Shown: positions 19,955-34,231 of the stretch, one piece after another
Position numbering within the stretch: the first letter of the stretch is position 1
Layout of the letters: every line of letters begins with the position of its first letter
DNA from: Candidatus Cloacimonadales bacterium
GTDB taxonomy: Bacteria; Cloacimonadota; Cloacimonadia; Cloacimonadales; JAIOQZ01
Reading direction: 5' to 3'
NCBI GenBank assembly: GCA_963665815.1
Contig: OY762463.1
Coordinates: 672,001-736,000 of the forward strand
DNA: 64,000 bases
Program-made: the position numbers and the translations under genes
The notes under the pieces: model-generated
Database searches by the model: none
What the model saw: the letters and a program-made list of their open reading frames with translations, nothing else
What the model was told of the DNA's origin: nothing

Positions 19955-22885
19955 CTATAGTATTTTAAGACTGAACATGATTTCTTCTTCTCGGTTGCTG
20001 TCTCTATCCCAACCTGTAGAATAACCAATTGAGAAAGTTGTCTTAATGAATGAGAGAGTCACAACTCTTAAATCTATCTGAGTTCCTGCATTATAATAGT
20101 ATGCCTTATCGTCATTATCAATGTCAGTATGGATAATCGATCCAAAAAGAGACATTCTGAGCCATCTCATGTAAAATGCAGCGTTTCCTATTTCTTCAAA
20201 TCTTAGTGGTGGTAAATTCAGTTCCAACATATTTCTTACGAAAGATTTACCTTTGATTTCATTTATATCAAATCCTGGAAACGAGCTGTATTTCCTGTAC
20301 TGTTTCTCATGTTTCTTTTCTACATAGTTGTTACCAAAACCACCAAAATAGTAATTACTGAAAGAGTCTTTTCTATCGCCAAAAGCATAACCTGCAGCAG
20401 ACCTGAGAAATATTGATGTATGTTTAACAGGAAGTAAATAACCCAGCGAAAAATCTCCGTGAATTTTCGGATGAATATCTGAATTTACTTTTGTTCCCTG
20501 TACATTCACTGAAAATGCAGCTCCCTGCTCATCATCTACATGTCCCAGAGAGTTCTGAAAGAATTTGTAATCCAGTTTTGCTGCTGCAACATACATTTCA
20601 GTAAAATCAGAGCCTATTTTCTGATACTCAGGAAGTTTTTTCAGGTCTCCATAACCATCAAAATCCAGAGAAAGATTCATCATCTCAGGTTTATTGTAAA
20701 TCAGGCTTTGAGTAAAACCTGCACCATAAGAATATCCCTTTCTACTCACTTTTACTGGGCCGAATATATCGTAGAAATCAGCCTTATTGTAAGTTCCTCG
20801 CAAGTTGAACATCCTGTAAGAATATCTACAGCCCAGATGCAGCTTCTCTTCATCTTTTAAATTATCACCAATCGGAGAGTAAGATACGGATAGTTTAATG
20901 CTGTTGAATCCGATATCATCCGAGTAGTTCATAAGATAACCATAAGCCATATAGTCTTTATAGCCTTCAATAATGGGATAAGTACCTTTATTTCGAAAAT
21001 TGCGGATATAACTGTATTTTCCTTCATATGTTTTGAGAGAATCCAGATTAATTTTTGCAGGCGAGCCATCTCCCCACTCTTTTATGTATGGATACTTCTC
21101 ATAAACTTTCTGTCCAAGGAAAGCAATAGCACTGACATTTTCCACATTTTCATTCTTTATAAATCCCGGCTGCCATCCTTTACCACCAACATAGTTATAG
21201 ACAATAAGACTATCATTGCTTATCGGAAGAGGACGAAAGAATCCGGTTTCGCTGTTGGATATGATTGATATATCATTTTCTTCAAAATCGTATCTGTATA
21301 TGTTTGAAACTCCTGAATAATAGGATGTACCAAACAAATATCGACCATCATCTGAGAATACAAAATTTGCCGGAGAGCTGTAGTCAAAGTCATAGATCAG
21401 ATTTTCTACTACCTTGCCTGACTGCAATGCAGCCATATCATAATACACAAGCTTCTGATTTCCATCTATCTGTGTCAGTGCCCCGGTTAGTTTTGTTCCA
21501 TCTGGAGAAATGTCCAGATCATATAAGTCGCTTCCATACTCAAATGCATAAATTGCAGTCCAGTCTTTATATGGAGGATCGATTTTCACAATTGTGGAGA
21601 TACCGTTCTCATGCCTGATACCCCATATTGATTTATCTACCTTATTCAGAGCCAGTTCTCCTGTTCGACTGTCTCGAATCAACAATTCTGTTTTCCCTGT
21701 TGATATATCAACAGTGTTAAGGTCTCTTCTGTAAAAGTTGTCTGTAGTAAATATTATTCTGTTCTCATCTTCAATGTAGACAGGATTGGTTGTAAAATAT
21801 GTGGAGGCACCTTTGATATTACATATCTTTCTTTTCTTTCCGGATTCCAGATCAATTTCCATCAAACCTGGTAATTGACCTGCATACTTCACACCTACAA
21901 ACAGTTTTTTTCTGTCTTTGCTCAGGTAACTACGCGAAACTGATCCCATTGGTTTTGAACCATTCACAGGTCTGAAATCAGTAACCGGATTCTGTCTTAT
22001 TCTTTGCAGATTCATCAGTTGAAACTCTCTTTCAAACTCAATCCATCGATCCCATTCCTCAGAAAGGTTTTTGTTATATACTTTAGTAAACTGCGAAGCG
22101 TAAAAACCCTTTGACTCTTTGTCTCTTTTCACCCATTCAACAAGTTTATCCGGACCATACATATAAGCGAGATATCCGAAAAAACGTGTGCCATACATAT
22201 AAGAGTTAGCTCCAACCTGAAAGTCAATTGCTGTTCCTTCCGCTTCCAGCCCCACCATTCTGTAGAAATGGGCATCATCTTTAATCATTCCACGGAAAAC
22301 CATTTCATCATAGGCACCCATTGCCCTGCCTATACCACCTCCCATCCAGGTTTCCATAGAGACGGCTATTCCTTCATGATACCATCTGGGAGCGTATTTT
22401 CTTGGGTTTGTAAGATATCCGTAGAGAAATGTTATAGGATCATCTGCAGTATGCTGTATTTTGCTTCTGAATAGCTTTCTGAAAAAGTAATCCTGAGGAG
22501 AATACATATCCATAGCCAACACATGAGTAAGTTCATGGTGCATAAGTAAACTCATTCGTTCTGCTGCAGGAGCAACTTCAAAAACATACATATACGGAGA
22601 CATACTGATATAAACAAAATTGTTTGTAACAGCTGTTGCTCCACCATTAGACCAATCAGAGAAATCCTCAATGAATATTGATGTTTTTTCGTATGGTTTA
22701 TACTTCCAGAAATCCTTATAGTAATCCCATGTCCTCAAATAGCATCTTGAAATATGAGGTATGATATAGCTATGAGAATTACTGTAGTATATTAAATTCA
22801 TGTCATCTGTTTTGATATTGTTTAAAGGAAATGAAAATATCAGCACATTAACTGCTAGCAAAATCAATGTCATTTTGAATTTCAT
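19955..22885 (-). CDS. Large exported protein: gluzincin-like peptidase domain, TolB/PD40-like propeller and probable C-terminal beta-barrel
   Basis: Signal peptide; HHELTH plus WYHEGIA; SPDG/SDDG propeller repeats; alternating aromatic beta-strands in the C-terminal third. Confidence 0.7.
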   Translation of the reverse strand: MKFKMTLILLAVNVLIFSFPLNNIKTDDMNLIYYSNSHSYIIPHISRCYLRTWDYYKDFWKYKPYEKTSIFIEDFSDWSNGGATAVTNNFVYISMSPYMYVFEVAPAAERMSLLMHHELTHVLAMDMYSPQDYFFRKLFRSKIQHTADDPITFLYGYLTNPRKYAPRWYHEGIAVSMETWMGGGIGRAMGAYDEMVFRGMIKDDAHFYRMVGLEAEGTAIDFQVGANSYMYGTRFFGYLAYMYGPDKLVEWVKRDKESKGFYASQFTKVYNKNLSEEWDRWIEFEREFQLMNLQRIRQNPVTDFRPVNGSKPMGSVSRSYLSKDRKKLFVGVKYAGQLPGLMEIDLESGKKRKICNIKGASTYFTTNPVYIEDENRIIFTTDNFYRRDLNTVDISTGKTELLIRDSRTGELALNKVDKSIWGIRHENGISTIVKIDPPYKDWTAIYAFEYGSDLYDLDISPDGTKLTGALTQIDGNQKLVYYDMAALQSGKVVENLIYDFDYSSPANFVFSDDGRYLFGTSYYSGVSNIYRYDFEENDISIISNSETGFFRPLPISNDSLIVYNYVGGKGWQPGFIKNENVENVSAIAFLGQKVYEKYPYIKEWGDGSPAKINLDSLKTYEGKYSYIRNFRNKGTYPIIEGYKDYMAYGYLMNYSDDIGFNSIKLSVSYSPIGDNLKDEEKLHLGCRYSYRMFNLRGTYNKADFYDIFGPVKVSRKGYSYGAGFTQSLIYNKPEMMNLSLDFDGYGDLKKLPEYQKIGSDFTEMYVAAAKLDYKFFQNSLGHVDDEQGAAFSVNVQGTKVNSDIHPKIHGDFSLGYLLPVKHTSIFLRSAAGYAFGDRKDSFSNYYFGGFGNNYVEKKHEKQYRKYSSFPGFDINEIKGKSFVRNMLELNLPPLRFEEIGNAAFYMRWLRMSLFGSIIHTDIDNDDKAYYYNAGTQIDLRVVTLSFIKTTFSIGYSTGWDRDSNREEEIMFSLKIL

Positions 22886-22943
22886 AGAAATTTTAAACTC
22901 CTGTAACTTATTTTGAGAGAACCTGATTGGAACATATAAATGT

Positions 22944-22969
22944 AAAAAAAAGAGCCGAATAAACGGCTC
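22944..22969 (-). terminator. Intrinsic terminator inside the cluster, after the 308-aa gene
   Basis: Minus strand reads GAGCCG-tttatt-CGGCTC followed by T8. Confidence 0.75.
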
Positions 22970-22977
22970 AGAACTTT

Positions 22978-23904
22978 CTACCAGCCACTTAACTTCAGTT
23001 GATTATGTTTCAAATCCTGAAAATCACTCTCATGCAAGTGAATTACAACGTTCTGAAAAGATTGATTAAATGCCAATGCTTTGAAAGCAGTATTATTAAA
23101 ATCAAGACCATAAGCACCTATACTTTTCTGAAAATCTGCTGACCAAAATTTATTGAAATCTGAGGAAAACGTACCGACACTGGATTTCAAACCAGTACTA
23201 AAGAATTTTTCCAGATTCATATTAGTATAAAGTAACTTAGAAAGTTCATCTGAACTTATTGCTTTGTCTGCATCATAGCCAGGAATAATAAAAGCATGAA
23301 TATCACTGTCATTCTGTAGTGCATTACCAATATCCGTATTCTGCATAACAGCCATAAAAAGATTGAATTGATTATCACCTTTATCTGAACTCCATGCAAA
23401 GTTTTTTTGATATTCTAACGCCCATGCACAGAATTTTTGTATATCAATCGAAAAATAGCTTAGAAATGATCCCAGAACTGAATCATTCTCCGAGTTATTT
23501 GTTACATAGTTCTTGTATTGCTCACTTAGCTTATTCACATCCATGTTTTCGAAGTCGACTTCTAAAAACATCTTATTGACACTTCTCATCCAGAGTGCGG
23601 AACCCTTCAACTTATAAATAGCTCTCATTCCCTGTTGAAAGTGATCACTCTGAAGCATTTTTACGAACTTTTCATCTTTCATGGCATTCTGCCACTCTGC
23701 ACTCTGAGTAAGCTTTGTCACTTCAGGGCTATCCAGAGTTAAATCCTTTTCAGACATCTGTTTTCCCCTGAACTTCTCAGCTTTCTGAACACCACCAAGG
23801 GTTCCCTGAGTGTTATTATTATCAGTTAAAGGCCAGTTTTTGGCAACATACATTATCCCTGCAGCTATTACAAAAACGACGACCAAAATAATGATTTTTT
23901 TCAA
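22978..23904 (-). CDS. Membrane-anchored or exported protein with degenerate S-x-D-F-Q-K-like repeats
   Basis: TTG start with GGAGG RBS; N-terminal hydrophobic helix; repeats SAEWQN, SDHFQQ, SIDIQK, SSDFNK, SADFQK, NQSFQN and ESDFQD. Confidence 0.75.
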   Translation of the reverse strand: MKKIIILVVVFVIAAGIMYVAKNWPLTDNNNTQGTLGGVQKAEKFRGKQMSEKDLTLDSPEVTKLTQSAEWQNAMKDEKFVKMLQSDHFQQGMRAIYKLKGSALWMRSVNKMFLEVDFENMDVNKLSEQYKNYVTNNSENDSVLGSFLSYFSIDIQKFCAWALEYQKNFAWSSDKGDNQFNLFMAVMQNTDIGNALQNDSDIHAFIIPGYDADKAISSDELSKLLYTNMNLEKFFSTGLKSSVGTFSSDFNKFWSADFQKSIGAYGLDFNNTAFKALAFNQSFQNVVIHLHESDFQDLKHNQLKLSGW

Positions 23905-23919
23905 TTTTTCCTCCAGTGA

Positions 23920-24243
23920 TTAAAATTTTTCTATCGAATTTTCCAGTTTATCATCAATATTCAGAATTCTTGAAAATCCTGCTATATCGAATATCTCTTT
24001 TATGAACTCTTTCATACAGCATAATCTGAAATGACCACCATTTTTTTTCATTTTTTTGGCATTCATCAGGATTATCCTTAATCCGGCACTACTGATGTAT
24101 TCCAGCCCAGAAAAATCCATTATAATTTTCATGTTATCTACAGATTTCATCTTCTGACCCAGCTTATCAAATGTATTGGAATCAAGTCTACCGGATAGTT
24201 TTATTATCAAAACATCATTATACAAGACTTCAGTAATATCCAT
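23920..24243 (-). CDS. STAS anti-sigma factor antagonist (RsbV/SpoIIAA-like)
   Basis: GRLD, DFSGLEYISSAGLR with the phosphorylatable Ser, and IFDIAGF. Confidence 0.93.
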   Translation of the reverse strand: MDITEVLYNDVLIIKLSGRLDSNTFDKLGQKMKSVDNMKIIMDFSGLEYISSAGLRIILMNAKKMKKNGGHFRLCCMKEFIKEIFDIAGFSRILNIDDKLENSIEKF

Positions 24244-24245
24244 TC

Positions 24246-24665
24246 TTACTCCTTTATTATCTTTTTTAAAACTAATATATTATGTTCATTATCTCTTGAG
24301 TATCTTACATCATCCATTTTTTCTTTGACCAGCATAATTCCCAGTCCTCCAATCTCCATCTCATCAATTTCCAAATCAAGATCAGGTGTATCACTTTCAA
24401 GAGGATTAAATGCTTTGCCATCGTCAGTAATAGTGAGTTCCAGTGTATCACCATTGTAATCATAGGAGACATGGATAATGTGTTTTTCAGTATCATCAAA
24501 ACCATAGGAGATAATATTCGTCAGAATCTCATCAAGTGAAAGAGTTAAATCAAAAACTGATTTCACGGGGAAATCCAGTTTCTCTCCGATACTTTCTATC
24601 CATTCAACAACTTTTCCAATTTCCGGAATCTTATTCTCTATTTCGATTTTATCTGTATGTTTCAT
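24246..24665 (-). CDS. Anti-sigma factor/Ser kinase (RsbW/SpoIIAB-like HATPase)
   Basis: DEILTNIISYG (N box), DDGKAFNP and GGLGIMLV. Confidence 0.93.
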   Translation of the reverse strand: MKHTDKIEIENKIPEIGKVVEWIESIGEKLDFPVKSVFDLTLSLDEILTNIISYGFDDTEKHIIHVSYDYNGDTLELTITDDGKAFNPLESDTPDLDLEIDEMEIGGLGIMLVKEKMDDVRYSRDNEHNILVLKKIIKE

Positions 24666-24671
24666 AATATC

Positions 24672-26570
24672 TCACATATTACGTTTGAGGAACAATAATG
24701 TAATATCATCGAACTGCCTGTTCCTCTGAAAATCAGCTAACTGGTCAGTTAACTTATTAATCAATTCTTCCATTGTCAGAGAATGATTCTCCTCAAGATA
24801 GTTAAGAAACCTATCCTCTCCGAACAAGTTATTGTCTGCATCAGTAGCTTCAATTACGCCATCTGTATACAGTATAAGAGATTCATTAACATCAAGTTTT
24901 ATTTCACCATTATGAAATTCATGTTCATCATCAATACCAAGTGCTATATCCTGTTCTGTCTTCACAACTTTGGAAATCCCTGATTCAGATATAATTATCG
25001 GATAATCATGACCGGCATTGGAATATGTCAGTACTCCGGTTGAAACATCATAGAATCCAAGAAACAATGTGGTGAACATGCAGGCGTCATTATCCTGACA
25101 AAGTATGTAATTTGCTTTATTCAGTGCTTCAGCAGGTGTTAAATCAACTGTACAAACCGTTTTCAGCAGGGTTCTGGTTACAGCCATAAACAATCCGGCA
25201 GAAATCCCCTTTCCGGAAACATCTGCCATAATTACAGCAAGAACGTTATCATTCAAAAAAAAGAAATCGTAAAAGTCACCGGCAACCTCTTTTGCTGCAA
25301 TATTCTTTGCATATAAGTCAAATTCTTTTCTGTGAGGGAAAGCAGGGAAAATCTGAGGAAGAAGCGATTCCTGAATCTGACGGGCAATTCTCATTTCACT
25401 TTCTACGGCTTCTTTTGCCTGAGTCACACTGGTGAGATTACTGATGTATTGCTTCAAGTCTGCAACCATCTTAACAAATGAATGCTGAAGAGCCGCAATC
25501 TCATCCTGGCTGTCATTTGTTTCCATCTTGACATCTAATTCACCATAAGCAATTCTTTCGGTTACATCAACCAGTTTTTTCATCGGCACAGAAAAACGTT
25601 TTGCAGAAATAATAATTATAACCAATACAATAATCAATCCTGAAAACATTATGAGAAACTGCTTAATCACGTTTTTTCTGACTTCTGACAATACAATTTC
25701 TTCCGGTATTACAGCGGCAAAGCTCCATCCTGTTGACTGTATAGGTGTATAAACAATCCACTTTTTTTGATCATTATCAAGATCGTTATAACTCTCTATC
25801 CCACTCTCTCCTGCCAGCATACTTCTGCCAAGCTCTCTCAGTTCAGGTCTTCCGTATTGTTCTGCAAGGCTGAATATAGACTCGACCATGATATAATCCT
25901 CTCGCGGATGATATATAAATGTCCCGTTTTTACTGATTATAAATGTATAACCATTCATTATCTTTATATTACTTAGCATTTCAGACATGACTTTCAAAGA
26001 AATATCAGCATAAGAAACTCCAATAACCTTATCTTTTTTAATAATAGGATATGCCCGTAACATCAGCAGTGTTTTGCTAATTCTACCCCAGAATGGATCA
26101 GACCAGTATCCCTTTTTTAATACTGCCGGGATTACAAACCAGTCCTCTTTTAGATAATCGTATTGTGCAGCAACATCAGACATTGCGAATTCGCCGTCTT
26201 TTCTGTGAATAAAATTTGCATACTTCTTATTCTTGAAAGCTTCAGGATAAAATGCTACTCCCGAGCCAACATTATCCGGATCGCTTTCCAGTTCCTTAAC
26301 AACAAAATCGAAAACCAGGTCTTCATTATAGGTGTCGGTTGACTCTACCAGATTTCTTATACTGTTTGAAGTCTGAGACAGTTGCTCGAACTCTCTATCA
26401 AGCTTTTGAGCATTGTGACGAGTAAGCTCTTTTAAATACCTTTTTGTTTGATCAAGAGCATTATTCTTATTAATTATATAATTGTAAATGAGAACAAACA
26501 TATAGATTATTATTAGAGGGATTCCAAGTCTAGCTGTGAGCTTAAGCCATATTGGTCTTTTAATTTTCAT
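24672..26570 (-). CDS. Cache-HAMP-SpoIIE/PP2C sensor phosphatase (RsbU-like)
   Basis: Two TM helices around a Cache domain (WSDPF, GYTFII), HAMP (DEIAAL), VAGDFYD, ADVSGKG, NAGH, YTDGVIEA and DDITL; GGAG RBS before ATG 26570. Confidence 0.92.
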   Translation of the reverse strand: MKIKRPIWLKLTARLGIPLIIIYMFVLIYNYIINKNNALDQTKRYLKELTRHNAQKLDREFEQLSQTSNSIRNLVESTDTYNEDLVFDFVVKELESDPDNVGSGVAFYPEAFKNKKYANFIHRKDGEFAMSDVAAQYDYLKEDWFVIPAVLKKGYWSDPFWGRISKTLLMLRAYPIIKKDKVIGVSYADISLKVMSEMLSNIKIMNGYTFIISKNGTFIYHPREDYIMVESIFSLAEQYGRPELRELGRSMLAGESGIESYNDLDNDQKKWIVYTPIQSTGWSFAAVIPEEIVLSEVRKNVIKQFLIMFSGLIIVLVIIIISAKRFSVPMKKLVDVTERIAYGELDVKMETNDSQDEIAALQHSFVKMVADLKQYISNLTSVTQAKEAVESEMRIARQIQESLLPQIFPAFPHRKEFDLYAKNIAAKEVAGDFYDFFFLNDNVLAVIMADVSGKGISAGLFMAVTRTLLKTVCTVDLTPAEALNKANYILCQDNDACMFTTLFLGFYDVSTGVLTYSNAGHDYPIIISESGISKVVKTEQDIALGIDDEHEFHNGEIKLDVNESLILYTDGVIEATDADNNLFGEDRFLNYLEENHSLTMEELINKLTDQLADFQRNRQFDDITLLFLKRNM

Positions 26571-27516
26571 TGTCTGCTCCTTCAGGATCATAAATGAAAT
26601 CATTATACTCAATCTTATTTTTAATCATTTTCTGATTAAACAGAGCTTCTCTCACATTTTTATACTTGGATTCGTCCAGTTCACCAAAAGTATCATCTGT
26701 GAAAGCAGATTCAAGTATAGTTTCCAGCATCCACCTCTGCTCAGCATAGTTTGTTTTCAGTTTCCACTTAGAACAATATTCAAGAACCTTATTGATAGTC
26801 TCTTCCTTATTATCTCTGGCATACTCCCAGCCTCTTTTCACTGCTTTTCTGACACTATCTACTTCATTTCTATTTGATTCCATGTATTTAGAGGTAACGT
26901 ATAAGCCATCTTCCGGGAAGTTCATATCTGGATCTTTGGAAAAGAATATTGTGTTCATCTCATCGAAGTTTTTTCCTGCCAGATACAACTTGTAATATTC
27001 ATTGTAGTACATTGCTGCTGTGGCTTCGCAGGCACCGGATAAAAACAGGTCCATATTATAAGAACCTTCAATTCTATCAAATTTCAAATTATGCTTTCGG
27101 ATAAATGCATTGAATGACACATCAAAATCACCACTCCAGAGTCTGATTTTTCTGCCGTTCAAGTTATCAGGTGTCTCAATCCCGCTTTTACTGTCAGAAA
27201 CAATCATCAACGAGGAGTTTTGCAATATCTGCATAATATTTACAACTGATTTGTCATCATTATTTCTAATTGCACCTGTCAGCCAGGCTGTACAATAATC
27301 GATTTCACCGGATTTCAACTCATTAATCAAATTCTGAGAACCATCGGAAAAAATGAACTCAACTTCAAGATTGTTTTCTTCAAAGAATCCCTTTTCTTCT
27401 GCCATGATAAAACCAGCAAACTGGGCTTGAGGGTACCACTGAAATTTCATTTTAATAACATCTGCATTACAGTATACTGATACAAAAAAAATCATTATTA
27501 CAATTGCTTTTCTCAT
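26560..27516 (-). CDS. NMT1/THI5-like periplasmic binding protein
   Basis: Signal peptide; QWYPQAQFAGFIMAEEKGFF and YYNE motifs; overlaps the phosphatase gene by 11 nt. Confidence 0.85.
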   Translation of the reverse strand: MRKAIVIMIFFVSVYCNADVIKMKFQWYPQAQFAGFIMAEEKGFFEENNLEVEFIFSDGSQNLINELKSGEIDYCTAWLTGAIRNNDDKSVVNIMQILQNSSLMIVSDSKSGIETPDNLNGRKIRLWSGDFDVSFNAFIRKHNLKFDRIEGSYNMDLFLSGACEATAAMYYNEYYKLYLAGKNFDEMNTIFFSKDPDMNFPEDGLYVTSKYMESNRNEVDSVRKAVKRGWEYARDNKEETINKVLEYCSKWKLKTNYAEQRWMLETILESAFTDDTFGELDESKYKNVREALFNQKMIKNKIEYNDFIYDPEGADNEN

Positions 27517-27925
27517 TAATTGTTCCCTTATTCCTGTTTGATTTCCGGATTTTATGTATATTTATACAATAATATTAACATATATGTAAAAATGTCCACA
27601 TAAAAAAAGAGGTTAGTATACAGTGCTACTTTAAAAATCTGCTCAATTTCACTGTTGATAGTAAATTAACAATTATCTATACAAATGTAAAATTTCTACT
27701 ATCACAACATCAACACATGTTTTTTCATTTTCAAAATCTTGTCTTATACAGCAGGCTATGAGTATATTTTCTCGAATGATGAATATAGTTAATATGTAAA
27801 ATAAATGATTAACTAACTCAACTAACTTACAGTCTTAAAAGTATAACAAAAATTGACACTGACTTCAGGAATACCTTCATTGAAAGTTAATGTTAGAAAT
27901 ACTTCCTGTAATATACTCTTAGCTC

Positions 27926-32418
<4,493 letters not shown>

Positions 32419-32446
32419 CTAAGCCTTACCAATCTGACTGGCTTAA

Positions 32447-33874
32447 TTACTTAGTCTCAGATATTTTTACAGTCCAGATGTAATCACAAGGTGGTTGTTT
32501 TCTCATCTCATCAGGAATTATTATTTCACAACCTTTTTTGCCTTTCTTTTCCCATTTGAGTGGTTTGTCATAACCAAGAAGATGTACTTCCGCGTCTTTT
32601 ACCGGGCGATGAGAATTAATTTTAATAGTTGCAGGCATTTGGGTTTCGGTTTCTTCGCAGATGTAGAAGAAGTATGAATTACCGTCTTTAGTTTTTGTCA
32701 TGCAGATATTCTTTTCTTTGTAAGGCTCAAGAACATCACTGCTGTATATACCTTCGCTGTTTATTTTCATCCAGGCTGCAATACCTTCAAGTCTGTCATA
32801 TGCTCTCGGGTCCCAGTCCCCTGTTGGAGCAGGTCCAATGTTAAGAAGCAGGTTACCACCCTTTGAGACTACGTTTACAAGAAGTTGAACCAACTCACGA
32901 GTGGATTTATATTGATGATATCTATTATATGACCAACCCGGTGCCATGGGTACACATGCTTCCCATGGATCCAGCAAAGCTTCTTCAGGAACTTTATTTT
33001 CCGGTGTCAGGTAATTCTCATATTCTCCCTCTACCCATCTGTCTACAACAATAAGGTCTTTCTGATGAGATCTCGCCATTTCTGCCAGTTTCGGCATATC
33101 TATATCCTGATCGTAATCTTTGGTTATAGCCCAATCTTTGAATTCCTCAGGAGTGTTTTTTCTAGGTCTTACCCAAGCTCCATCCAACCAGAGTATGTCA
33201 ATCTGACCATAATCAGTCATAAGTTCTTCAACTTGAGTGTATGTAAATTTCTTAAAGTTCTCCCATTTTTCAGGATATTTTTTAGGATTGTAATTTACGT
33301 GTCTTGGTCCTTTAGGATAAAAAGACCACCAGTAATCCTGACTATGCCAGTCTGGCTTTGAGAAGTATGCACCAATCCAGAAACCCTCTTCTCTAAATGT
33401 ATCGAATATCTGTTTTGTTACATCAGCCTTAGGGTATTTTGAGTATGGGCATTTTTCAGATGTAATTTTGTAATCTGTAGTTTTTGTATCAAACATACAG
33501 AATCCGTCATGATGTTTAGTAGTAAACACTACATATTTCATACCTGCTTCTTTAGCTGCGTTCATCCATTTTTGAGGATCGAAATCTCTGGGAATGAATG
33601 TCCTCTGAAGGTTTTCATAGTCTTCAACATAATCGGGATAATTTTCAAACCGTGCAAGATCTCTTCCAATCCAATCCTCAGAACAAAGAGTCCAGGATTC
33701 CATTACTCCCCATTGTGAATATGGTCCCCAATGCATCATCAACCCGAACTTAAGTTCCTGCCATTGTTCTATTTTCTTAACAACTCCACTGTCTTCAGGT
33801 TTATGATATTCTTTATTGTAACAAAATCCTACAGAAATAAAAGAAGCAATAATAAATATTAAAAGTATTCTCAT
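32447..33874 (-). CDS. Alpha-L-fucosidase GH29
   Basis: Signal peptide; KFGLMMHWG, TTKHHDGFCMF, LWLDG and GGNLLLNIGP. Confidence 0.92.
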   Translation of the reverse strand: MRILLIFIIASFISVGFCYNKEYHKPEDSGVVKKIEQWQELKFGLMMHWGPYSQWGVMESWTLCSEDWIGRDLARFENYPDYVEDYENLQRTFIPRDFDPQKWMNAAKEAGMKYVVFTTKHHDGFCMFDTKTTDYKITSEKCPYSKYPKADVTKQIFDTFREEGFWIGAYFSKPDWHSQDYWWSFYPKGPRHVNYNPKKYPEKWENFKKFTYTQVEELMTDYGQIDILWLDGAWVRPRKNTPEEFKDWAITKDYDQDIDMPKLAEMARSHQKDLIVVDRWVEGEYENYLTPENKVPEEALLDPWEACVPMAPGWSYNRYHQYKSTRELVQLLVNVVSKGGNLLLNIGPAPTGDWDPRAYDRLEGIAAWMKINSEGIYSSDVLEPYKEKNICMTKTKDGNSYFFYICEETETQMPATIKINSHRPVKDAEVHLLGYDKPLKWEKKGKKGCEIIIPDEMRKQPPCDYIWTVKISETK

Positions 33875-34231
33875 GGACATTCCCCTTTCTTTGTGGTTCA
33901 TTAAAAAAATATTATAACTTCAGATTGTCAAAATAAAAAAAGTATAAACTTTCATAATAGTAAGTAATTTCTCAGAAAATGTCTCAAGATCTCCCAGACT
34001 TTATATGATTTGAAAGCTTTGTGCTACTGAAGAAAATGACAATATTTCTTACATCAATTACACATAAAAAAAGTCTTATCAAATCCCTGTGATATAATAT
34101 AGTATTGATACTTACTGTAAACGTCTTGAGTTTTTATACAATTGATATGCTTTACATATAAAAACTTTTATTTTCTATATTGGCATGAAGTGAAAGATTG
34201 AGCCTTTTATAATTTCTCTTTATAGTTGTAC

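Noticed and set aside
27650-27710. AATTTCTACT resembling a Cas12a repeat, within an imperfect inverted repeat
   Set aside because: Single copy, no spacers and no cas genes; consistent with chance in AT-rich DNA.
27811-27827. AACTAACT direct repeat as a regulator binding site
   Set aside because: Short, low complexity and not seen elsewhere in the window.
27517-27925. Possible TPP riboswitch ahead of the NMT1/THI5-like gene
   Set aside because: No CUGAGA or other TPP core motif seen on the minus strand.
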